From Eledone cirrhosa (Eukaryota), in assembly GCA_964016885.1 (NCBI GenBank), contig OZ024742.1, forward strand, positions 181,536,001 through 181,600,000: a stretch of 64,000 nucleotides of DNA, given 5' to 3'. The first letter of the stretch is position 1. Every line of letters starts with the position of its first letter. Position numbers and translations under genes: made by a program. This document shows positions 31,651-45,993 of the stretch, one piece after another. Under the pieces are notes generated by a model. The model was not told the DNA's origin and ran no database searches. It saw nothing but the letters and a program-made list of their open reading frames with translations.

Positions 31651-34302
31651 ATGGCATTTTACATTACATTTCACATATATATAATAAAATACTACTTATA
31701 TAGGTTCCTGAGTTATATATAATTAGTCTTTATTGTTTCTTTTATAGTTTGTTTACTGATTAATATATTTTTATAAATATATCCGGGTATGAATAGGGAT
31801 TCCATGAAGGAGTTAATGGTCTAAAAGGTTTTGGGATCCCTGCTCAAGTCAATTGCTAGTAGACAATTGAAATGACATTGTTATAGCTCACCCAATTCTC
31901 AGTATAATTCACCTGTTAGTTTAGACTTTTCTTTTATTCTTTTACTGTTTTCAATCAATAGATTGTGGCCATGCTTGGACACTGCCTTGATTTAGACAGA
32001 CCCCAGTATTTATTTTTTCAAGTCAAATACTTATTTTATCAATCCCTTTTTTTGTTGAACTACTAAGTTATGTGACATAACCACAGACACAAATGCAAAC
32101 ATACCTATCATTTGATTTGTGTTAACACTATTCTTTCGGTTGTTTTCTTCCTGTAGATAACCCGCAAACCCTCCTACCCTTGTTTCTTTGTATTTATTGT
32201 TTCCATATTCCCACTATCTAAAGCCACTCATTTTAAGGGGTTCATATTGAAACTAAAATCTTCCAACCTAAATTTTGTAGTGGAACTATATATTAAGTTA
32301 CTATTTTAATAAGGAAATAATTATTGATTTTTGTAAATCTGTTAAAATTCTTCATTAATTAATTGAAATATAGTGTATTTCATTAGCAAACATATCATGA
32401 GAGGGTTAAATATAGTTGCATTTAGCTAGAACAATGTTAGGTTTCTCTTAGGCTATGAAAAAAACCCATGAAAAGGTAGGCAGTAAGTAAGATTATAAGA
32501 TGTTTTGATAAGTTGCTAAAATTGATCTCTGGAATGTTATGAATTCTGGGGCACTGCATTTTAGTACTTATTCTTAAGTTTGGTATTTATTCCATTAGTC
32601 TCTATTGTTCAAACTACTAAGTTACAGGACATAAACAAACTTCACAAATTAAGCAGTGTAGACAAACACTGACAGGCAGAGGCATATACATGTATGTATA
32701 GACCCCTAATTCCTGGTGAAGTTGTAGGAGCTCTGTTGTGACCAATGGGTTTGAAGTATTTTAAACCTGACAGAGCTCATTCCTTTTTCACTTCTGAACA
32801 TATTTGATTTCTTCCACAGAAGGAGAAAAACATGATAGAGAGGAAATAAGAAAGAGATATAGAGGAAAAATTGATACTGGGACTGGACTGGTATTAAAAA
32901 TATTTTTTTATCAACCTCAAAAGGATGAAAAGCAAAGTTGATCTTTGCAGGATTTGAACTCAGGATGCAGAGAACCAAAATAAATACCACGACTCTGCCA
33001 ATTCACCACTTATACACACACACATGCTTGTCTGTGTGTTTGTCTATCTCCACACTTACACCACTTTATCTTTTCGGTTACAACCTCTTAGGTCTACTCA
33101 TCTGTTTTTTCTCTCTCTTATTCTTTGTCTTTTCTTTTCCTATTGCTTAAAATTGTGTTGTTTATTATTTCCTACTGAAGAATCTCGGGGTTTTTACCTT
33201 CTGAGTTCAAATCATGCTATGATCTACTTGATGAATAGATTTAACCTGTCACTCTTGTTTAACACCACCACCTGGCCCTTTAATGTGACAAAAGCAACTA
33301 TCATAATATTAATAAGGGAAATGGTATTTTTTCTCAAATACTCCCCCAAAGAATAAAAAGCTGTATTGCAATGAAAAATTCGACAGCAAAGTATTTATTG
33401 TTGGCACTCCATTAATTTAGATAGGCTATGAGAATATTAAACCTCTAAATGTTGACTTGTCAAACTAGAAAGAAAATTTGCACAAAGATCTGAATTTATT
33501 GTCTTTTCAACACCTTCAGCTGTCTCATGAATATTGAATTTTACTGTATTGTTACTCAGAAGAATACATTTGAGAATAGTTTCAAGGTCCTTCTACACAA
33601 TAGTTTCAATGATTTCTACAATACAGTAATATTTTCTCCAACTGTATGTTGCATTCTTTTTACATGTCATAATATATATTGTAAGATGCTTTTAGATATG
33701 AGATAGTGACTTGAGAAAAAACAAAACAAAAAAGAATTAAGGCTGGATGTTTTCCAAACCTTACATTTAATGTTTTTAAAAATTGAAGTTTTCTTTTCAT
33801 TTTTCCCCAAAATCACTTATTATTGTCTTAAAAAATACAAAGGATATTTTAGATAGTGTAGTTGAGTACAAGAACAAGATGATCATGGCAGGATTATTAT
33901 TGATTGAACTCTGTTTGTTTAGAGCTAATCTGGGGGTAAACAACAACATCATACTACTATTAATTCTGTAAGAATTGTCTCACTTGTGCAGTGTTAGAAA
34001 TTCACACAATGGTTGTTAATTTTTTTCATCATCCTTGCTTAAAATGAGTTGTAACCTGGTTACAATTGTAGCCCTGCTATTGTACAATTAGGCTATTCAC
34101 ATCTAATTTTGGTAATTAGCACTTCCAGAACATTTCAGAATATGTCTGGCTATGAAATGGATGTAGTCTATGTATTGTGCATCATTCTCTTTTGAAGATA
34201 ATCAGTTAAATTATGATATTGAAATGAATATGCATGTGAGTGCAATGTTCAAGAAATGTTATATTGGTTATACATTCTTTCATTTCTTTCTTTCTTTTCC
34301 AG

Positions 34303-34342
34303 AAATCATTAAATGAAAGAGTCAAATGTCCAGCCAAGCCAA
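34303..34342 (+). CDS. Probable 40-nt internal exon of the host gene (KSLNERVKCPAKP)
   Basis: Long polypyrimidine tract + cag acceptor, gtaaat donor; ends in phase 1, matching the phase-1 start of exon 52770 (reads ...KCPAKPIPIAAIV...). Confidence 0.55.
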
Positions 34343-36307
34343 GTAAATATCTTTTTATCTTCATATATTGTTTTTATTTATTATATTTTTATCATGAGAT
34401 GCTTTCTCATTGTTGTTGTATGCTACTGTCACCCCAATATAACTACATCTTGTGGATTTAAACAAATAAACATCAAATGTTAATTTATGAAAGTACATAA
34501 ATTGTTTCCATCGAAGGAGAGTTTTAATGTGTAATTTCATATTTAGGCTATCTATATTTAGAAATATGATCACCATTGCTATCCCTTAAAGTAGCTCATG
34601 CTGTTCTCTATTCAACCCCCTTTCAACAACTAACATGTAGATAAAACTCCCTTACTCTGTTTCTCACTTCACTCTCGTATTTATTCTCTCCCCTCTTGCA
34701 AAATATTAGCCACCGCTCTCTTGTATTCACATTCACAGTTATGTTTACCTTGAAAGAACAGAGACTACATAGAAGGAAAAGCACTCTTTTAATTTTGCAG
34801 TACATAAGCAACCATTTTAGTATTGTTCCTATGATAAAATGCACCCAGTACACTCTATAAAGTAGTTAGCAATCGGTAAAGATGACTCTAATGCTAGTAG
34901 CATGGCATAATGCATCCAATACACTCTGTAATGTGGTTGCCAATCAATTTTTAAAAAAACGTAAGAAAAAAAGGGCTCTTCAGTCTTGTTGAAGATATGA
35001 CAATATACCTAATGCAGGTGCCATGATAAAAGGCAACCAGTGGTTGTTGTTAGTAAGGGCATCTAGCCACAGAAAGCTATAAAAATGGAACATGTGAGAA
35101 ACATGATCCTCCAACCTATCTAGGAGGGTAGTAACTCAGAATAAAGAATTAATTCATACTGTAACAACTCATTCAACTCATGACAGATGTAAAAGAAAGC
35201 AGATGTAAAATGATGATGATGATGATACTTTTGTGTCACCCCAGTATAACTACAGCTTGTGGACTTAAATCTTGTACAAATACACACTGAATGTTAAATT
35301 GTCAAAATATATCAATTGCTTCTGTCCAAGGAAAATTTTAGTGTTATTTCTCTACTGTTGGTAATTAGAGACGTGATCACTTAAAAGTAAAATGTCTGTC
35401 TTATGTTTACTTGAATCAAACTTCCGTATCTTTTCATACTGTTTTCATTCTTAGTTATCTATATTTGGTATAGTGGTGGTGGGAGTATTTATTCTTTTTT
35501 TACAAATATGAATGTTTGTATATTGTTGGAAAAATAAAGTTTTCATTTGGAGATCCCCTGATACATATTCAATCAATTGTGAAGTTTTTAAGTAAAATTT
35601 ACTTGAGTAATTTTGTGTTATGCATGTGTAGGCTTTAGTATAGATTTTACTTCATATTCATATGGTAGAAGTGAACTCTAGGCAGTAACACTTAAGGTAT
35701 CCTAAGTGATGTGTGCATTACATAGGGTCTCAAACTAATGGTTTTAGTTATAGGCAACCCTGAGTTAAGTGTTCATTATGTGGGGCCTCAGGTTAATGAT
35801 TTTACTAAAAATTTTACTTCATGTTGATATGAAAATGAAATGAAATTTATAGTTCACACGTAAGCAGTTCGTCTCTCACAAGGTTGTATCTCGTAGAAAG
35901 CTTTGTGGTTGTTTTAATGATAGGGGCCCCAGTCTTATCATGAGAAGCACCTTATTCTTGAGAAAATGATGCACCTTATTCTTGAGAAAACAATGTCATC
36001 GTCCCCCCCCCCCCCTCATCCCAAAGTTCAGCAATCAAACATATGACATGATTATGATCATGAGTCCAACACCCTAACCACTTAACCGTTTTGCAGTGGA
36101 TAGTTACACTTGGGACTGTTACACGTAGAGCAGTCACACTTTAGTATAGAACTTTGTTTCTGTTATCACACTTTAGTATAGATATAATTTGAACATGTGG
36201 TGTTGTAGTTGACCAGCTTTAACTCATTGTGCCTCAATCAATCCTATATACATTTATTGAATTAATATCCTTCTCTCGTAGTTTAATTATCCCTAATATG
36301 CTATCTG

Positions 36308-36580
36308 TGGAGGCGTGTGGCCTAGTGGTAAGATCATAATGTTTTGCGTTTGATTCTTGGGGTAGGTTGTGTGTTGTGTTCTTGAGCAAAACACTTCATT
36401 TCATGTTGCTCTAATATACTTAGCTGAAAATGAGTACTAGCGATAGCTGAGGGTTTAACCCTGTGATGGACTGGTGTCCTGTCCAGGAGGGAGTCTTATA
36501 CTCTCAGTTTCTTCATACCACAGAACCCGAGATAAGCACCAGCCTGATGAGCCTTCTGGCTTAAGACAGACTTTATACTT
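36308..36580 (+). mobile_element. tRNA-derived SINE with a V-domain-like segment
   Basis: A-box tggcctagtgg, core ttgtgttcttgagcaaaacactt, aaccctgtgatggactggtgtcctgtccagg. Confidence 0.65.
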
Positions 36581-37039
36581 TAGAATATACTATCTAGGTA
36601 GTTCAACCCACTATTTAGATGATACAACTATTATCAACATTGATTTTAATAATGATTTAATTACAATTAATTACTATGTGTGTGTGTGTTTTGATAGATA
36701 TTGTAGATATCAGCAACCTATACAATCCAATAATACATGCATGGACAGTGTGGGAGAATCTTTTCTGGCATGCAGAAGCCGAAGTGCGAGCCATATTGGG
36801 GTCACTAGAGTATTCTTAAAAATGTCAAGTTATTAAAACAGGACTTCTTCTTGTGACCTGTTAAAATGTAGAGCCACCTGTGAGTTTTCTTTGTGTTTAA
36901 AGTTTTGGATTCCATATTCAGTTTTTATGAACATTAATTACAATCCTAACACTTCAATTTAATCAATAATACAATATTACATCTGTTATTTATTTATGAA
37001 AACAAACTGAATCTCTGGTGTAAATCTGTGAGATCGAGA

Positions 37040-37295
37040 TCGTGTAGGTGTCACGGCAAAAAAAACACACAGTACATGCTGTAATATGGCCGTGTAGGTA
37101 AAAAGTTCCCAGTCCACACTGTAAATGTGGTTGGTGTTAGGAAGGGCATCCAGCCGTAGAAAACCTGCCAGATAGTCCTATATGAGCGAGGTACGGTCAC
37201 CCGACCAACCTTGCCTCAAGTGGGTAAACTCCCATTCAACCCAAGCTAGCGTGGAAGATGGATGTTAAACGATGATGATGATGATGATGATGATG
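37040..37295 (+). mobile_element. Isolated RTE 3'UTR with (GAT)n tail
   Basis: ggttggtgttaggaagggcatccagc motif; matches the subfamily A 3'UTR. Confidence 0.85.
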
Positions 37296-37991
37296 AATAC
37301 ACTTTCAATTAAAAACCAAATTTGTTTTCGCCCTTAATGTGGTGGATACCTAAATGTATTCGTGAGTGAATAATAATATTATAATATTATTAATATTCGG
37401 TTGTTTTATGAGGCTGTTTACTTGTAAACAAACCAAATATTAATAATATCATATCTATAATATAATAAAGGGAGGAGTGGGACAGCATCCGTTTTATATT
37501 TGTTTATCCCATTAATAAAATAAGTTAGATTACTTTAAATAAATAATGAATGAATATTATGTAATTTATCTACTAAATTGCGTAGCTCTTGATTAAAGCA
37601 ATAGGCATATTAACGGTATTTATCTAGCCATGACTATTGTAGACTTTCTCTTCTGCTACTTCTTTCCACATTTATTTCTGTCACTCCTCATCCTCTCACT
37701 TTCATCCTTCCCCAGTACATGACTTATCTCCTACACACAACATGTCCACTCTTCCATTCAGTACCTCTACCAATTCCCCAGATCTCCCTGACATTGTATC
37801 TATATATGTCCCAAACCTCATATTTTGGTCAAATTAGGCAATTTAGAATTATGACATAACATTCTCCGAGGATGCCTTTTGCTGCATAATCATTTTACAT
37901 GTTTTTCCATGTTTGGGGTGTCGACTTCATCGATCACCCAATTTACTACCTCCACTTGACACTTGGGTGCCTTTAGCAGAGTGCATTATGT

Positions 37992-38178
37992 GTGGTGGAT
38001 TGGCAGTATCGGTAGAGAGTCGGACGCCATGCTTTCCAGCATAGTTATGTCCCTTTGCGATCTGAGTTCAAATCCCGCCGAGGTTGACTTTGCCTTTCAT
38101 CCTTACGGGGTCGATAAAATAAAGTACCAGTAATGCACTGGGTAATTGCTGGCCTTGTGCCTAAAGTAGAAACAATTA
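37992..38178 (+). mobile_element. SINE family 1
   Basis: Near-identical to the 58711 copy; short TSD attatgt. Confidence 0.9.
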
Positions 38179-38835
38179 TGTTAAAAGCTTTCACGTTAGT
38201 TCTCTGATTTAAGGATACCTTCCTCCTTCACTCCCACTAGCCATGGAGATCCTGAGAGAGGTCATAGACACTGTTCTTCTCTTCCTTACTAAAACTGTTA
38301 AAAAGAAAGTATTGGGTGTGAACGCAAGATGTCTTCAACATCTTGTGCACACAGCAACAGAGAAAATCAACCAACTTTGGTGTTGTATATGTCATATAAT
38401 ATGGAATGGGTTTTATTTTATTATATCACTGACACTAGCCAAGTGACTCCATGTTAAAATGACTAAAGAGGCTGTTGTACTAGTAACCTGAAAGTGGTTT
38501 ACAATATTCATATCTTAGTCATACATGACTTTTTGTATGGATGCCTCTCCTGCTTCCATCCATTTTATAGAGTTTTATCTTTTCACACTCACCTCTGGTC
38601 TTCTCTCTCTCTCTGCATTAATCCCTGTGGTCCTTTCTCACCCATTTCCAGTACTTCATCTAATCTCTAGTGCAGTCAATCAGCAATTGCAACCAAAATC
38701 TGAGTATTAGGCCATCCAGAGAAGTCGTATTAAAGATCAGTGATAGGGCTGGAGAGTTTTAAACATACTGGATGTAGGAGTTGTGGTATATAAACATGAA
38801 CGGCATATAGTTAAGTATAGAGTAACATAATATAT

Positions 38836-39018
38836 GTTTCTACTTTTGGCACAAGGCCAGCAATTACCCAGTACATTACTGGTACTTTATTTTATCGACC
38901 TCTGTATGGATGAAAGGCAAAGTTAACCTCGGCGGGATTTGAACTCAGATCGTAAAGGGACGTAACTATGCTGGAAAGCATATCCGACCCTCTACCGATA
39001 CTGCCAATTCACCGCCCT
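38836..39018 (-). mobile_element. SINE family 1
   Basis: 16-bp TSD agagtaacataatata on both flanks. Confidence 0.9.
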
Positions 39019-39084
39019 CAGAGTAACATAATATAGTAAGCAAAAAAGAAATGGTATTAAAGTCGCAATGAAAAAATGATAGTT

Positions 39085-40993
39085 ATTGTCAAGGTGTCAA
39101 TACAATGAGAGAAGCTAGATGTCAGGTGTCCTTAGCATGCAAGAAGGCTGAGAGTAGGAGGTTTGCCAATGTTCTGCGACGGGAAGATCAGAGAGGTGCG
39201 GTGTTCCGCATTGCAAAGCAGTGTGTCGGCACAAATCAGGATGTTGTTGAAGATAAGGATGTCATTATGAGAGACTGATGAATGTGGAGAACGAAGAGGA
39301 GAGAGAGAAATTACCTCCAGTAGACCTGACAGAGGGACCAGCTATTGAGATTGACTAATATAGGGTACAAGAGACAATTAAGGAAATAAAGAATGGTAAG
39401 GCTGCTGGACCGTCGGGGATAGTTGACACTAAACTGGTTGCACGCATCATCAACCAAGCTATTTATGGTGGTGTCATACCCAAAGACTGGTGCAGCAGTA
39501 TTTTCATAAATTGCTACAAAGGTAAAGGGGATACTCTAGCGAGGAGCAATTATAGGGGCATAAAGCTGATGGATCAGGTTATGAAAGTGACAGAGAGAAT
39601 ATTAGTGCAACTGATTAGAGAAAGCGTCAAATTAGATGAGATGCAGTTTTGTTTTGTGCCTCGGAAAAGTACAACAGATGCCCTCTTCTTAGTGAGGCAA
39701 CTACAAGAGAAGTTCTTAGAGAAGAATAAGCCACTATACTTAGCTTTGTTGACCCAGAGAAGGCCTTTGAGATGGGGTACCCCGATCTGTCATCTGGTGG
39801 TACTTAAGGAAACTAGGTGTAGAGGAATGGCTTGTAAGGACAGTGCAAGCTATGCACAGGGGTGTTGTCAGTAAAGTGAGAGTAGGAATGGAGTTTAGTG
39901 AGGAATTCCAGATACACAGTCCAGTCCTCAGCTCGCTCTTGTTCATTGTAGTCCTCCAAGCCATAACAGAGGAGTTTAAGACTGGATGCCCATGGGAACT
40001 TCTCTATGGTGATGATCTGGTTCTTTTAGCAGAATCAGTAGAGGAGCTAGAGAATAAATTCTGGCTATGGAAACAGCAGTTGGAATCAAGAGGACTGAGA
40101 GTGAACATAGCTAAGACAAAAGTGTTGATAAGTAGAAGAGAGAACAATACTCTGATTCCATCAGGGAAATGGCCATGTTCGATATGTAGGAAAGGAACTG
40201 GCATAAATTCCATAAAATATATGCAATTTAGATCTTGAGTACACAAGAGATTTAGTGGGATAGCAGGCAAACTAACAGGTAGGGAAAACTATGTATGCAG
40301 TAGATGTACAGGTAAAGTTGGCAGTAGTAATTGCAGTGATAGACACATTTTTCCAATGCAGGTGGGCTCTATAGAAGTGGTTGATAGCTTCCGGTACCTA
40401 GGTGATCAGATTAGCATGGGAGGAGGCTGTTCCGAGCCCATAGTATCTAGAATAAGGCCGGGTTGGAAGAAGTTTAGGGAGCTGCTTCCTCTGTAGACAA
40501 AGAAGGGTTTCTCCCTGCGTACAAAAGGACAGTTATATGATGCCTGTGTGAGATGTGCGATGCTGCATGGTAGTGAGACATGGGCAGCAACTGCAGAGGA
40601 TATGCGATGGCTGGAGAGAAATGAAACAAGTATGCTCCATTGGATGTGCAATGTCAATGTGCGTGAACAACCAAGCATAGACAAGTTGAGAAAGAAACTG
40701 GGTATAAGAGGGATAAGTTGTGGTGTGCAGGAGAGAAGGCTGAGATGGTATGGACATGTGATGCGCTTGGAGGATGACTGCTGGGTTAAGAAGTGCCAAG
40801 AAATGCCAGTTGAAGGAAGACGTAGTAGAGGTAGACCACAAAAAACATGGGTGGAGGTGGTGAGAGCAGACCTCAGATCACTGAAACTCACAGAGGAGAT
40901 GATGAGGGACCGTGACAAGTGGAGAGAAGCTGTGCTGAATAGGACCCGTCCAACACTTGCAAGCAGGTAAAAGCGGACATAAAATGATGATGA
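39085..40993 (+). mobile_element. RTE LINE subfamily C, decayed
   Basis: [32 protein letters not shown]; short 3'UTR + (GAT)n. Confidence 0.92.
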
Positions 40994-41380
40994 ACTCACA
41001 CCACAACAATAATCCCTAGGAAAAACCACAGAAAGAAAAATATACATAATAAGGTACCTAACACTGCACAAAACAATAATATAAATAACAATCATAAGAA
41101 GAATAGAAGTAGTAACACATTTTTTAATCCTCCATTCAACTTAAATGTCTCAACAAACATACCCAAAGCTTTCTTCTCTATTTTAGACAAAAACTTCCCA
41201 TTTAAAAAAGTACCATTAACATCTCCTACTCCACCACACCTAACATCGCAGACCATACGGCCAGCACCAAAAAGAGAAAGATTAAAAAAGTACCTCAGAT
41301 GACAAGGTAATAATGTCCAGCATAAAAATAACAATAGCACAGTACAGGACTATACTGCAAGTAATATTAATAATACCAAT

Positions 41381-41558
41381 GGATTGGCAGTATCAGTAGA
41401 GGGTCGACGCCATGCTTTCCAGAATAGTTACGTCCCTTTACGATCTGAGTTCAAATCCCGCCGAGGTTGACTTTGCCTTTCATCCTTACGGGGTCGATAA
41501 AATAAAGTACCAGTAATGCACTGGATAATTGCTGGCCTTGTGCCTAAAGTAGAAACAA
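41381..41558 (+). mobile_element. SINE family 1
   Basis: 18-bp TSD aatattaataataccaat. Confidence 0.9.
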
Positions 41559-41577
41559 ATATTAATAATACCAATAA

Positions 41578-41757
41578 TAATTGTTTCTACTTTTGGCACA
41601 AGGCCAGCAATTAACCAGTACATTACTGGTACTTTATTTTATCGACCCCATAAGGATGAAGGGCAAAGTTAACCTCGGCAGGATTTGAACTCAGAATGGC
41701 AAGGGCCGTAACTCTATGCATCAAAGCATGGTGTCCGACCTTCTACTGATACTGACA
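41578..41757 (-). mobile_element. SINE family 1, tail-to-tail with the preceding copy
   Basis: Reverse-complement similarity to 41381-41558. Confidence 0.88.
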
Positions 41758-42179
41758 ATAATAATAATAATAATAATACATACCCTCGTTTTCTTTTCCC
41801 ATGCTGTCTCTCTACGAAGTCATCTACTCCCTTCAAAATCATAACATTAACATTTCGCCTTGATAATATAGGTACTCGTATCGGTTTATTTTGCTCTGAG
41901 ATGCTATAGACCATGATGGCTACCTATCTCACAATTCAACCTAACACCACCATAGCCTATTCAACCAATCAAACTTCAGCATGCCCCCCCCCCCATTACC
42001 AACCCCAACAAACTCTGCCATTCCTACTACTACCTACCTCTCTCCTCACCTGTCCCAGCCCCAACACACCCTGCCATTATTACCACCACCACTGTCCTTC
42101 TAGCCCTGAATTTTCCTACGGTTATGTATGGATGAGCTGAGAATAAATGGAGCAACCCTGAATTAATAAATGAAAATGA

Positions 42180-45100
42180 ATATGAATCCGCAAGCTACCA
42201 AGCACCCATGTGAAGCTTCAATCCAGAGACAGGAAGCATACACACACCCCTGCAAAAATCAACCCTTTCCACACGAAAGTTGACAAATGCCCAAAATTCT
42301 GAGTTGGTACCATTAATGTAAGCACAATGAAAGGAAGGGCAGGAGAAATCGTAGAGATGCTAGAGTGAAAGGAAATTGATGTATGCTGTGTGCAAGAGAC
42401 TAGATGGAGAGGGGAGTCCTTGTAGGAAAAAGTCAGTGCTACAAAGTTTTCTGGGTGGGAAATGATGATGGGATGGGTGGTGTAGGTATCCTACTAGCTG
42501 ACAAGTGGGTAGATAAGGTAATCTCAGTGAACAGGGTGAATGCAAGAATCATTAAACTCAGACTAGTCCTGAATAAAACAATTACCACAATAATATCAGC
42601 TTATGCACCCCAATCGGGGTTGCCAGACGAACTTAAGGATAGGTTTTATGAGTCCCTAATGCACACTACTGATCTAACAATTGACAATGACTTCCTAATC
42701 ATTGCAGGAGATATTAACAGACACGTAGGTAAACACTGTGACGGCTTCTACAGACCTGTCGATATGTAACACAGACTTCAAAAATCCCGAGAACCACCTG
42801 ATCACCTATAGATCAGGGGAGCATTCTAGTCAGATTTTATCCTCATCAGAGGATGTGACAGATGGACGGTCGTAAACACAAAAGCCTTCCCTAGTGAGGA
42901 ATGTACCTCCCAACATAGCTTAGTTGTCAGCGACTTCACGGTCAGAACTAGAAAACCTGGAAACAGAAGCCAACCTGGAGAAGAAAGATCTGGAAGCTGA
43001 AAGACCCCTCGACCAGTAACAGATTTAAAGATATTTTACTCAACGCCTACGACAGTAAAGAAGAACAGATAGAGACATTCAATGTAGAAGAGCACTGGGA
43101 GTTCCTAAGAAATAACTTACTAGAGGCGACGGATGAGATCTGTGGGTGGAGTAAGACCACAGACAGGAGGAGAGTGACTTGGTTGTGGAACAATAAGGTA
43201 GATGAGGCAGTTAAGGCCAAGGGACAGGCATGGAAAGAATGGAAGTACGGGGGAAGAATGGTGCATTACATAGAGACCAGGAAAGAATCTAGGCGACAGG
43301 TATACTTAGCTAGGAGGGAAGCAGAGGATAGAAAATTCAAGCATGCTTTGCAACATGAGGACCAGAAACAGGCGGTGTTCAAGATTGCGAGGCAGTGTGT
43401 CAGAGTGAATTGTGATGTCATTGGAGAGTAGTGTATCTGGAATGATAAAGGTGAGCTTGCCCTAACAAGTGCTGAGAAGAAAGATTCGTGGAAGAGCCAT
43501 TATGATAGATTACTAAATGAGGAGAATGCATGGGAAGAAGAGACCCTACCCCAAGAAGACCCAATAGAGGGGCTGGCAGTACAAGTCAGCAGCAGCATAG
43601 TAAGTAAGGCAATCAAAGATATAAAGACGGGGAAGGCAACTGGTCCATTGGGTTTAGCTGCCGAGATGCTGAAGGCATCTGGGTCTGTAGGTCACACTAT
43701 AACCACACGTATTGTTAACCAGGTAATACTAGAAGGTGTCATACCAAAGGAGTGGTGCAGTAGCATCATTGTCAACTGCTACAAAGATGAAGGTGATGCA
43801 CTAGATAGAGGAAACTATAGAGGTATAAAACTGATGGACCAGGTCATGAAAGTAACAGAAATAGTTATAGCACAGTTGATTAGGGACCAGGTGAAACTAC
43901 ATGAGATGCAATTTGGGTTTGTGCCAGGAAGAGGCACCACTGCTGCCCTCTTCCTTGTGAGGCAGTTACAGGAAAAGTACCTAGCTAAAAGTAAGCCACT
44001 CTACCTGGCATTCATCGATCTCGAGAAAGCCTTTGACAGCGTTCCCCGTGCTATAATCTGGTGGGCTCTTAGAAAACTAGGAGTAGATGAATGGCTTGTG
44101 AAAGCTGTACAAACCATGTACAGGGGAGCAGTCAGCAAAGTTAGGATTAGCCATGAGTATAGCGAGAAATTTAGCGTACAGGTCGGTGTCCACCAGGGCT
44201 CTGTTCTTAGCCATCTCCTGTTCATTATAGTCCTGCAGGCAATAACGGAAGAGTTTAAGACCAGATGCCCATGGGAACTCCTGTATGCAGATGACCTCAC
44301 ACTTATAGCTGAATCTATGGTAGAACTAGAGAAGAAATTCCAAACTTGGAAGCAGGGACTAGAAAGAAAGGGTCTCAAAGTCAACCTGACAAAGACTAAG
44401 GTCCTTGTAAGTAGATGAGAAAACATAACCCAGATCCTTTCAGGGAAATGGCCTTGCTCAGTATGTAGGAAAGGTGTAGGTAGGAACTCCATTCTCTGCC
44501 CCAAATGCAAACAATGGGTACACAAGAGATGTAGCGGGATCTCAGGAAGCTTAACTAAGAATGAGGGCTTCACATGTAGCAGCTGTGCTAGGACAGCAAG
44601 CAGCAAACAGCCACATGAAACAAGAACCACCAAACTCTGGGAGGGATCTGTAGAAACAGTAGACAGCTTCTGCTACCTAGGTGACCGAATTAGCAGCGGA
44701 GGTGGGTGTTCGGAAAGTACAATAACTAGGGTAAGGACGGGATGGAAGAAGTTCAGGGAGCCACTGCTAGCTGCAAAAGGCTTTTCCCTCAAAATGAAAG
44801 GCAGGCTGTATGATGCGTGTATACGAACAGCAATGTTACATGGAAGTGAGACCTGGGCGCTGTCTGTGGAAGACTTGCGTAAATTAGAAATAAATGAAGC
44901 CTGCATGCTCCGATGGATGTGTAATAGTAATATACGCGAACGGCAAAGCATAAATGAATTGAGAGAGAGACTGAGCATAAGAGGAATCAAATGCTGTGTG
45001 CAGGAGAGGCGGCTGCGTTGGTATGGACATGTGATGTGTATGAAGGATGACAGCTGCATAAGTCGATGGAAACCGCGGAGTGGGGAGACCCAAGAAGACC

Positions 45101-45347
45101 TGGGATGAGGTGATAAAAGCCGACCTTACCCAATTACACCTCTCAAAGGTGATGACACACGACCATGACCTCTGGCGTCACGCAGTAATACAAAAGACAC
45201 GACCCCCCACGGGTACAAGCGGAAGCTGAAGCATATAGACAATATGCTCCCACACCCTCCCATTGCAAAGTGGCCGTGGAGGTGCCACATCAAAAAAGCA
45301 CCCAGCCCACACTGTAAATGAGGTTGGTGTTAGGAAGGGCATCCAGC
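42180..45347 (+). mobile_element. Near full-length RTE LINE subfamily B, inactivated
   Basis: APE N-terminus (VGTINV, CVQETRW, ISAYAPQ, AGDINRHVG), deletion near 42750, RT 43648-44418; 5' boundary approximate. Confidence 0.93.
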
Positions 45348-45372
45348 TTCAACTCTCTCTGCACAATCTGAA

Positions 45373-45853
45373 TATCATCATCATCATCCTCATCATCTTT
45401 TTACGTCCGTTCTTCCACACTAGCATTGGTCAGACGGGTTGTCCTGTTGTGGGCAATGTCCGGTCAGCTGACCTTGTCTTGCTCATACGGGAACTGATTC
45501 TGGCTTGATTTCTACAGCTGGATGCCCTTCCTAACACCAACCTCATTTACAGTGAGTGTTGGATGCTTTTTTCTGTAGTGCCGACACGACCACTTTACCG
45601 TGTGGGCTGGGTGCTTTTTTGCCGTGGCACCTCCACGACAACTTTGCATTGGAATGATAGGGACTCCAGTCCTATCATCTCATTTCTACAGCTGAGTAAA
45701 CTGGAGCAATGTGAAATAAAGTGTCTTGCTCAAGGAAACAACACATCACCCGGTCCGAGAATTGAACTCACAACCTTTCAACTGCAAGCCCAATGCTCTA
45801 AGCCATGCGCCTTCATCTAAGCCATGCGCCTTCATCTAAGCCATGCGCCTTCA
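45373..45853 (-). mobile_element. SINE: family-2 tRNA head + RTE-B 3'UTR tail
   Basis: Head and core 45650-45853; tail matches 58004-58275; 19-bp unit ctaagccatgcgccttcat triplicated at the 5' end. Confidence 0.85.
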
Positions 45854-45993
45854 TATATATATATATACATTCTCACACATATATATTATATATACATATA
45901 TAAACTATATAAAACCCTATCTAGTTATTAAAAGAAAATGTTTAACTCTCTCCACACAAGCTGAAAGTATAACAAATAATTTTTTATATATAA

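Noticed and set aside
22832-32200. Candidate acceptor-led exons near 22832, 26430, 27353 and 32158
   Set aside because: No convincing donor, phase or homology support
36543-36570. CTGATGA with a small stem inside a SINE
   Set aside because: No GAAA box or stems I and III; not a hammerhead
36698-36879. Possible host exon (tag ... gtgagt)
   Set aside because: Stops in all three frames before that donor and no PLXDC-like motif
37384-37450. AT-rich hairpin
   Set aside because: Low complexity and no ribozyme core
45797-45853. Three direct 19-bp repeats
   Set aside because: No spacers and eukaryotic context; a SINE 5'-end triplication, not CRISPR
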